Shown here piece by piece: positions 37,991-43,390 of a stretch of DNA of 43,390 nucleotides; within the stretch, counting starts at the first letter, position 1, and the number at the start of each line of letters is the position of its first letter. The translations under genes were made by a program, and so were the position numbers. The notes beneath the pieces were generated by a model. The model was not told the origin of the DNA and ran no database searches. It saw nothing but the letters and a program-made list of their open reading frames with translations. Source of the stretch: a virus. The stretch is from positions 1-43,390 of IMG/VR virus record IMGVR_UViG_3300000298_000017; one strand, 5' to 3'.

Positions 37991-38260
37991 ATGCATGATT
38001 ACAAATTGCTTTGCCACTTTTTGAGGCAGGCAGAAACTGCTTTCAGCCTATCAGTGGACACAAACCAGGAATTTTCTGCACTAGCAGACAAGTTCGAGTC
38101 CGGCAACGCCACAAATGAAGACCGGGAAATGGCCCTCAGAATCCTGACAAATGCCAGGGAGAACTTTTCCTCCATGCCGGACAGCGAGGAGAAAATGACT
38201 GGGATGTTAGAGACCGCCCTGATTATTCAACAGCTAAATATGGAGCTAAAGGCACCCTGA
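37991..38260 (+). CDS. Hypothetical protein, 89 aa, plus strand, inside the lysis cassette
   Basis: ATG after GGGAGTGATAAA. Followed directly by a terminator. Confidence 0.5.
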   Translation: MHDYKLLCHFLRQAETAFSLSVDTNQEFSALADKFESGNATNEDREMALRILTNARENFSSMPDSEEKMTGMLETALIIQQLNMELKAP

Positions 38261-38276
38261 TTGGGTGCTTTTTTAT
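38252..38276 (+). terminator. Intrinsic terminator
   Basis: GCACCC-tgatt-GGGTGC (38252-38268) followed by TTTTTTATT. Confidence 0.65.
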
Positions 38277-38536
38277 TATTCTCTTTCCGCTTCCTCTTTG
38301 GCGGCCTCATCCTCCGCCACGCCAGCAGCCACGGCGGCCTCGAATGCCTCCTTGTCAGGGAAGGCGGCGGCCAGCTCCTGACCGTGACGGCCAGTAAACT
38401 CACGCATCTCCTTGGCCTCCTCATGGGTAATCTCAGGGTGCTTCTCCCGGAGCATAGCCATACCCACAGTAGCCAGGTCGGGGGCATCGTTCTTCTCAGT
38501 GATTTCGTACAGTTCATAGAGCATTTCGGTGTTCAT
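38276..38536 (-). CDS. Acidic hypothetical protein, 86 aa
   Basis: Track ORF located between the holin and the endolysin. Confidence 0.5.
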   Translation of the reverse strand: MNTEMLYELYEITEKNDAPDLATVGMAMLREKHPEITHEEAKEMREFTGRHGQELAAAFPDKEAFEAAVAAGVAEDEAAKEEAERE

Positions 38537-38569
38537 AGTTCAATCTCCTTTGTAGTCAAAAATATGTTG

Positions 38570-38830
38570 TTATTCCTTCATCTGCTTGATGGCCTGGTTG
38601 ACGCCAGTTGCCGCCAGACCGCTTACGATGCCCACGGCAACGGCGGTCAGCGGGTCCGTGGCCGGGAAATCCTGGAGGCCGGTATACAGCGCCGCCACGC
38701 CAAGAACACCGCCACACAGGCCCACGATAGCCGGGATGTACTTGTTATCCAGGCCGGACGATTTGACAATTAGTCCCACCAGATAACAGATGACGGTAAT
38801 GGCCGCCACACTCGCAATGCCAAAATCCAT
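38570..38830 (-). CDS. Holin
   Basis: GAGGGGGTGAAAAT followed by ATG at 38830. 86 aa with three hydrophobic segments (IASVAAITVICYLVGLIV, YIPAIVGLCGGVLGVAAL, LTAVAVGIVSGLAATGV) and a charged C-terminus. Confidence 0.65.
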   Translation of the reverse strand: MDFGIASVAAITVICYLVGLIVKSSGLDNKYIPAIVGLCGGVLGVAALYTGLQDFPATDPLTAVAVGIVSGLAATGVNQAIKQMKE

Positions 38831-38844
38831 ATTTTCACCCCCTC

Positions 38845-39207
38845 TCAAAGACCTATCTTGTCTAACAGAAAGGCCATAACCGCTGTAATAACCGCCGCAA
38901 TTACGGCCCAACTTATTTTGCCTTTCAGATCTTTCCAGGTTCGTCCAGGCTCTGCCTGAATGTCTGACAATCCCTTGGACAGTGTGCCCACTTTACCTGT
39001 CAGGTCCTCCAGCTTCTCGAGTATCGTTGTATACTGCTGGCCCTGCTCTGCACGGGCGATCTCAAGCTCCCGGATTCTGTTGAAAAACTCCTTGTGCGTC
39101 TGCCGGGACTGTTCCTTCCATTCGCTCATCTGCTTTTCCAGCATATTAGCTTTCTGGATGCCAAGGCAATCCCGCCGTGGGTCTAAGATACATTTTTCAT
39201 CTGCCAT
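38845..39207 (-). CDS. XhlA-like lysis-associated membrane protein
   Basis: 120 aa with a coiled-coil N-terminus and a C-terminal TM segment ISWAVIAAVITAVMAFLL. Lies directly upstream of the holin. Confidence 0.45.
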   Translation of the reverse strand: MADEKCILDPRRDCLGIQKANMLEKQMSEWKEQSRQTHKEFFNRIRELEIARAEQGQQYTTILEKLEDLTGKVGTLSKGLSDIQAEPGRTWKDLKGKISWAVIAAVITAVMAFLLDKIGL

Positions 39208-39230
39208 TTAGATCTCCTTCCAGGCCTCTC

Positions 39231-39542
39231 TTAGCCCATTCCGCCGCCACCAGAGCCTCCGATGGCTTCTCCTTCTCCGATTACTTTGAATAGGCCGTTA
39301 CTAGCTCCAATACTTCCAACATTGATTTTTTCTATGCCGGAACTCCTTTGGAGATTTCCATTGATAAATATTGGAGAGCCAACAAACACTTCTATCGTCC
39401 CTGATTGAGCATTCGTGGTATTGTCGATTTCAAAGGTCCCAGTTTCAGATTCCGTCATATAGTATATAACTACACTAGAGTATCTAATATTTACCTTTTC
39501 TGGCAATGTTCCCCCACCTTGTATCACTGGGTTCATTATCAT
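39231..39542 (-). CDS. Hypothetical protein, 103 aa; paralog of 39539..39859
   Basis: Starts MIMNPVIQGGG (compare MILNPVVQGGG in the paralog). Lies in an AT-rich segment. Confidence 0.55.
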   Translation of the reverse strand: MIMNPVIQGGGTLPEKVNIRYSSVVIYYMTESETGTFEIDNTTNAQSGTIEVFVGSPIFINGNLQRSSGIEKINVGSIGASNGLFKVIGEGEAIGGSGGGGMG

Positions 39543-39859
39543 ACTGTAATCACCCCATCTCCAGATACATATACCAAATTGGTCGTATGGCCACTCCGAG
39601 TGTATACCTCCGAATTTGCAACCACTTCTAACGCTCCGCTTAATGCGTCTTGTCTTACATCTCCTATCATTAGTGGAAGGATAAAAGAGTTTTTAGCTAC
39701 TGATATAGTAAATTCTGTAGAGTTAAGTGGGGCATAGCCTTTTGTTCCGTCCGAAGTAACATAATGTATACCATAATCAGGGCTTGATATTGTATCATGG
39801 CTTTTTATAGTAACTGTAGCAGTTTCTCCGCCGCCCTGTACCACAGGATTCAGTATCAT
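39539..39859 (-). CDS. Hypothetical protein, 106 aa; paralog of 39231..39542
   Basis: Starts MILNPVVQGGGETATVTIKS. ATGA-coupled. Confidence 0.55.
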   Translation of the reverse strand: MILNPVVQGGGETATVTIKSHDTISSPDYGIHYVTSDGTKGYAPLNSTEFTISVAKNSFILPLMIGDVRQDALSGALEVVANSEVYTRSGHTTNLVYVSGDGVITV

Positions 39860-39907
39860 ACCATTGCCTCCGAAATTTTAACTTTTTTTCGTTGCAATCG
39901 AGAATAG

Positions 39908-40201
39908 TTACATATTCATAGCGATGACATAAACCTCGCCATCAATTATTTGAGTATTAACAGTTACGGTAAGATAAAATTGCTCATCACTTGTGACAAG
40001 ATAAGGTGGAGGTTGAGCGGTCAGACCTTTCAGGGAATCAACAAGTTTAAACCCATCGATATTATGTGGAGATACGACCCAGTCCGAAAAATCCATGCCT
40101 TCTTCAGCGAAATAAGGCCCATGCACAACGGAGCCTGACCCATTCTGAAAAGTAAACTCAAGCAATTTCGGAAACGGCTTGGCAGGGCAACTAAAAATCA
40201 T
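39908..40201 (-). CDS. Hypothetical protein, 97 aa
   Basis: Track ORF, overlaps the upstream fibre gene by 4 nt, in an AT-rich segment. Confidence 0.5.
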   Translation of the reverse strand: MIFSCPAKPFPKLLEFTFQNGSGSVVHGPYFAEEGMDFSDWVVSPHNIDGFKLVDSLKGLTAQPPPYLVTSDEQFYLTVTVNTQIIDGEVYVIAMNM

Positions 40202-41064
40202 GTCCTTACCTCCTGGATTACCACATAAACCTGTACATCTTCTGTCGGGACCGTCTGCGCCTTGAATGTCAATTTGTTGGCCGCCTGTCCCGTACAGGAT
40301 ATCCCAGCGGCAGAATACACCGCTTGGTCCGCAATAGTTGGCATTGGCTGAATCAACTGTTTACTCTCATCCGCAAGCACACCCGGAACTGTAACAGTCT
40401 GGGTGTTGTTGGACCAAGCGGAGAGGGGGAGGGTAACTAGGGTGGATTTTGGTCTAGAATTGCGGAGTTCCTCCTTTACATCGTCCATCGTAGGCAGATA
40501 AGCATCATTTTCCGCAAAGCCGGTTTTTTTTGCGCCCCCTACGTTATAGAAAAACACGCCCCCACAGTCTACTTTTTGAACAATGCCAGAGCCCGGACTT
40601 GTGAAAGCATCAATCTCTCCTGGATTGGCAAACATATATGCCGTATCATGATTACTAGAAATCCCGATCAGCGGTAACTTCTCAAGGCCCACAAAATCTC
40701 CATTCACAGCTAACTGCACTCTGGGATCTGTGCCTCCGTCTACCGGATCAGGGGACTCAACTACCTCCAGCACCAACTCCCCAGTCATAGTCCCCCCGCT
40801 CAACTGGAGATACCTCTGGTCGGCCTGTTCCTGGGTCATGCCAGATTGTGGTGCATCCTGTGGCACGGCGTTACCCCCGCTGTCAAAGCCAACCACCTGA
40901 CCCTGGGTGCCGGTGAGTTTATCCTGCTTCTCATTCGCCAGGGCAGCGGCCGCAGTGGGGAGGGAATCACTACCGGCCCCAACCGTCACGCCGGTATCAC
41001 TAATAGTTTTCAGTGTGTCATTCACATTCTTCTTGATGCGGTCAATTTCGCTCTGTACGCTCAT
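40198..41064 (-). CDS. Tail fibre / receptor-binding candidate
   Basis: 288 aa. The N-terminus MSVQSEIDRIKKNVNDTLKTI parallels MSVATEISRIQTARNTIRAKA of the upstream fibre gene. Confidence 0.55.
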   Translation of the reverse strand: MSVQSEIDRIKKNVNDTLKTISDTGVTVGAGSDSLPTAAAALANEKQDKLTGTQGQVVGFDSGGNAVPQDAPQSGMTQEQADQRYLQLSGGTMTGELVLEVVESPDPVDGGTDPRVQLAVNGDFVGLEKLPLIGISSNHDTAYMFANPGEIDAFTSPGSGIVQKVDCGGVFFYNVGGAKKTGFAENDAYLPTMDDVKEELRNSRPKSTLVTLPLSAWSNNTQTVTVPGVLADESKQLIQPMPTIADQAVYSAAGISCTGQAANKLTFKAQTVPTEDVQVYVVIQEVRT

Positions 41065-41075
41065 GCCGCACCTCC

Positions 41076-42245
41076 TCAGATGGCCGCAAGGGCTTCCTCA
41101 ATGTCACTGGTCAAGCTCACGCTGCCCCCGGAGGTGTACCCGGCAGGCACAGAATAGGAGGTCGTGGTCAGGCCATCGATGGTGCCGGAAACAGCGCCGT
41201 TATTCGCCATGGAGCCGGATACCAATGTGCCTTTCGCATCTACGATCTTCTTACCAGTCAGCACATCAGCCGCAGCAGCCGTTACTCCGCTTACGTCCTG
41301 ATATGCGGCTGGAATAGCTCCAACGGTAACCTTAGACAGCACCTTTCCAGTAGTTGGCGCAATCGTCTGTACAGACTTACTGGGGGTTGCGGTCTTTTCC
41401 TCTAGCGTGATAGATACTGTTCCAGTTCCGTCATGATGTCCGGACGGAATCGTATAGGATGGAGCCGCAACGGTCAGCGTTTGGGTAACTGCCCCATTAT
41501 CTGGCATCGTACCTGTGACCTTGCTGCCGCCAACATACGCAGTTTCTCCATTGAGGATTTGTCCAGCCGTTGCGGTGGCGTCTGTTGTGTCTACAAACTC
41601 CTCTGGGATAGCCCCTACGGTGACGGAGGAAAGCACCTTGCCCTCTGTTGCCTCTACAGTCTGCTCGGACTTTGTAGGCGTGACGGTTTTCGTCTCTGGG
41701 ACAATCTGCACCTTACCAGTACCAGCATGGTACCCCTTGGGGATGGTGTATGACGGTTCCTCCACTGTAAGTGTTTTATTTGCGGCCCCATTGTTTGGCA
41801 TGGTGCCGGTAGAAACCTTACCCGTCTTATCTACAAATACCTTTCCAGTCAGCACGTCAGCCACAGTGGTGGTCACAGCAGACACATCCTGGTAACTATC
41901 GGGAATCGGAGCTACCGTCACATCAGACAGTCCGTAATAACCGGGGTCTGGAGTCACGTTCTGCTGAACCTTGGTAGGCGTAACGCTCTTGCTCTGGAGG
42001 TTATAGTTTCCGCCCCCAGCCACACCGGACACCGTGCCACTTCCGTTGTGGTAGCCCTTCGGGATGGTGTATGTATCGCCCTCCTGTACCTGCGCTGATA
42101 CAGCGCCCCGGTTCTCAATACCCTCGATCTCTGTCGCCAGCTTGTCCAATGTGTCAACGCTCGTGCCAATACCAAGCTCTACCGCTTTCGCACGGATCGT
42201 ATTTCGTGCGGTTTGGATGCGGCTGATTTCAGTTGCTACGCTCAT
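41076..42245 (-). CDS. Tail fibre protein with about 3.3 internal repeats of roughly 95 aa
   Basis: Repeat motif TPTK..Q.V......LS.VTVGAIP..Y.D.S.VTA.A.DVL.GK...D..G....G.M.NNGA......YTIP.GYH.G.G.V. Confidence 0.6.
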   Translation of the reverse strand: MSVATEISRIQTARNTIRAKAVELGIGTSVDTLDKLATEIEGIENRGAVSAQVQEGDTYTIPKGYHNGSGTVSGVAGGGNYNLQSKSVTPTKVQQNVTPDPGYYGLSDVTVAPIPDSYQDVSAVTTTVADVLTGKVFVDKTGKVSTGTMPNNGAANKTLTVEEPSYTIPKGYHAGTGKVQIVPETKTVTPTKSEQTVEATEGKVLSSVTVGAIPEEFVDTTDATATAGQILNGETAYVGGSKVTGTMPDNGAVTQTLTVAAPSYTIPSGHHDGTGTVSITLEEKTATPSKSVQTIAPTTGKVLSKVTVGAIPAAYQDVSGVTAAAADVLTGKKIVDAKGTLVSGSMANNGAVSGTIDGLTTTSYSVPAGYTSGGSVSLTSDIEEALAAI

Positions 42246-42258
42246 TTTTTACCACCTT

Positions 42259-42906
42259 TCAAATCGTCCCTAAAAGGATCTCGATATTTCCAACAGTATC
42301 CTGCACCGCCGCCGCGGTAATGGGAAGGGTGTTATCCCCCTCGAAGTCGCTCACCGCATTTACAGAGAGTGTATTCGTTTCTCTGTCCAGCAGTAGGCCG
42401 TGGCCGATCCTATAGCCACCACCGCCGCCCTCTGGTAATGGTATATCTGATTCCTCATATTCCCCGGAATCCGGGTTAAAAATGAGCCATGTCCCGTTTG
42501 TGCCGGGTTTTGGCGGATTATTGTTAATGTCTGTCAGACGGTCCTCCATCTGCTCAAACTCGGAGGGCAGGGGCGGTGGGAATGCGTCTACCGCATTGAT
42601 GCTATTAAACACCGTGGCATAAAACAGGTTGCTGTGCCGCACCTGGTCGCCCAGAGTGCCCCGAACCTGCATGGTGTATGTACCGTCATCCGCCAGCATG
42701 GAGGCGGTAAGCAGAGCGCTGTACACTTCCCCATCTCGGGAAAGCTGGATGATGTTCTTCTGCCCATCCTTCTCCACGTCCACCTTCAGGTCCCACCCTT
42801 CCGTCAGGTCAGTGGATATTTCCAGAGACGTGACCTCATTATCACCCTCAAATCCAAGGGAAAAACCGGGTGGCGTACAGATATTCCAATCGGTCATGTA
42901 AATCAT
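42259..42906 (-). CDS. Tail/baseplate-associated structural protein
   Basis: 215 aa between the Tal-like gene and the fibres. C-terminal YRIGHGLLLDRETNTLSVNAV...LPITAAAVQDTVGNIEILLGTI. Confidence 0.5.
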   Translation of the reverse strand: MIYMTDWNICTPPGFSLGFEGDNEVTSLEISTDLTEGWDLKVDVEKDGQKNIIQLSRDGEVYSALLTASMLADDGTYTMQVRGTLGDQVRHSNLFYATVFNSINAVDAFPPPLPSEFEQMEDRLTDINNNPPKPGTNGTWLIFNPDSGEYEESDIPLPEGGGGGYRIGHGLLLDRETNTLSVNAVSDFEGDNTLPITAAAVQDTVGNIEILLGTI

Positions 42907-43073
42907 ACGCCCACCTCCTGTGTCATAGCGGCCACCTTATCCAGAAGTGCGTCTATCTCTTCCCCACTGTATTTGCTGGTGTAGTAGCTCGTGGGTGTTT
43001 CCTCTGCAAGCGCCTGTAACTCCATGGTAGAAATCCTCTGTTCCAGGGCGGACAGCCTCTCTTCTATTGTCAT
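42903..43073 (-). CDS. Small helical protein, 56 aa (below the track cutoff)
   Basis: GAGGTGA, 6 nt, then ATG at 43073. ATGA-coupled downstream. Product MTIEERLSALEQRISTMELQALAEETPTSYYTSKYSGEEIDALLDKVAAMTQEVGV. Confidence 0.5.
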   Translation of the reverse strand: MTIEERLSALEQRISTMELQALAEETPTSYYTSKYSGEEIDALLDKVAAMTQEVGV

Positions 43074-43084
43074 GGTATCTCACC

Positions 43085-43390
43085 TCACACGACGATTCTT
43101 CGGCCCAGCTTGTCCAGAATAAAGCGGCCAGTGCGGTCCATCACGGGGCCTGATTCAATCTTTTTCTGTGCGCCATAATAGAGGATGATGCATCCGTCCC
43201 CACCAGCTCCTCCGGCGCCTCCAGCACCGCCACTACCAGAATAGTTGTCGTAGGTTTTAACGTGCGCTGAAAATCTTATTCTTATTGTACTGGACGGAGT
43301 AGATGTTATTTTGATAGATGCATTATTTCGGACCGTAAGGTTATAGTTGCCAGCGGCCCCTCCGCCGCCGCCACCGCCGCCGCCGTCGCC
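43085..43390 (-). CDS. C-terminal 101 codons of the junction-spanning Tal-like tail protein
   Basis: Same reading frame as 1..2002 once the 43-nt overlap is removed. Translates to GDGGGGGGGGGAAGNYNLTVRNN...DKLGRRIVV, with stop TGA at 43087..43085. Confidence 0.75.
   Translation of the reverse strand, partial: GDGGGGGGGGGAAGNYNLTVRNNASIKITSTPSSTIRIRFSAHVKTYDNYSGSGGAGGAGGAGGDGCIILYYGAQKKIESGPVMDRTGRFILDKLGRRIVV
43348..43390. repeat. Direct terminal repeat, right copy (identical to 1..43)
   Basis: Exact 43/43 match to the window start. It lies in a (GGC)n-like Gly-coding stretch. Confidence 0.9.

Noticed and set aside
41076-42245. Repeated tail-fibre segments as the variable/template repeats of a diversity-generating retroelement
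   Set aside because: No reverse transcriptase gene, no accessory avd-like gene and no non-coding template repeat are present anywhere in the genome. The repeats are in-frame protein-domain duplications.

Overview
The window is a complete temperate siphovirus-type phage genome. It has no tail sheath gene. The first 43 nt are identical to the last 43 nt, giving a unique length of 43347 bp. A 754-codon tail gene reads in frame across that junction, so the contig closes into a circle. Almost all genes are on the minus strand. Reading the minus strand from about 28.2 kb downwards, the order is as follows. (1) Cro-like and early regulators. (2) A recombination/replication module: Gp157-like, Rad52-like annealing protein, two HNH nucleases, SSB, replisome organizer, RusA. 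(3) A DNA-methylation and Lar-like cluster. (4) Many small Cys-rich ORFs. (5) A roughly 600-nt ORF-free structured region. (6) terS, terL, SPP1-type portal and a MuF-like protein. (7) An inserted, separately regulated ribbon-helix-helix cassette. (8) Scaffold, major capsid, connectors, major tail protein, two chaperone-position genes, tape measure, and Dit/Tal-like genes, with the Tal-like gene crossing the junction. (9) Tail fibres, XhlA-like protein, holin and an Amidase_2 endolysin. Between the endolysin and attP lies a terminator-delimited accessory (moron) cluster. It encodes low-complexity, Cys-rich and BclA-C-terminal-like proteins plus a sigma region-4-like regulator. The plus strand carries the lysogeny operon: XRE repressor, ImmA-like metalloprotease, a membrane protein, two small proteins and a tyrosine integrase. 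This operon is followed by an attP whose core is the 3' 62 nt of a tRNA-Ser(GCU)-like gene, flanked by 33-bp direct repeats. The most interesting items are: (a) the accessory cluster at 33.2-37.1 kb; (b) the 14.66-15.30 kb noncoding structured element; (c) an AT-rich island with a Zn-ribbon/DUF4145-like gene inserted in the immunity switch; (d) the ribbon-helix-helix cassette at 9.3-10.3 kb; and (e) a promoter-to-terminator small-RNA unit at 26.65-26.76 kb. All functional calls rest on motif recognition by eye and on gene order. No database search was run.
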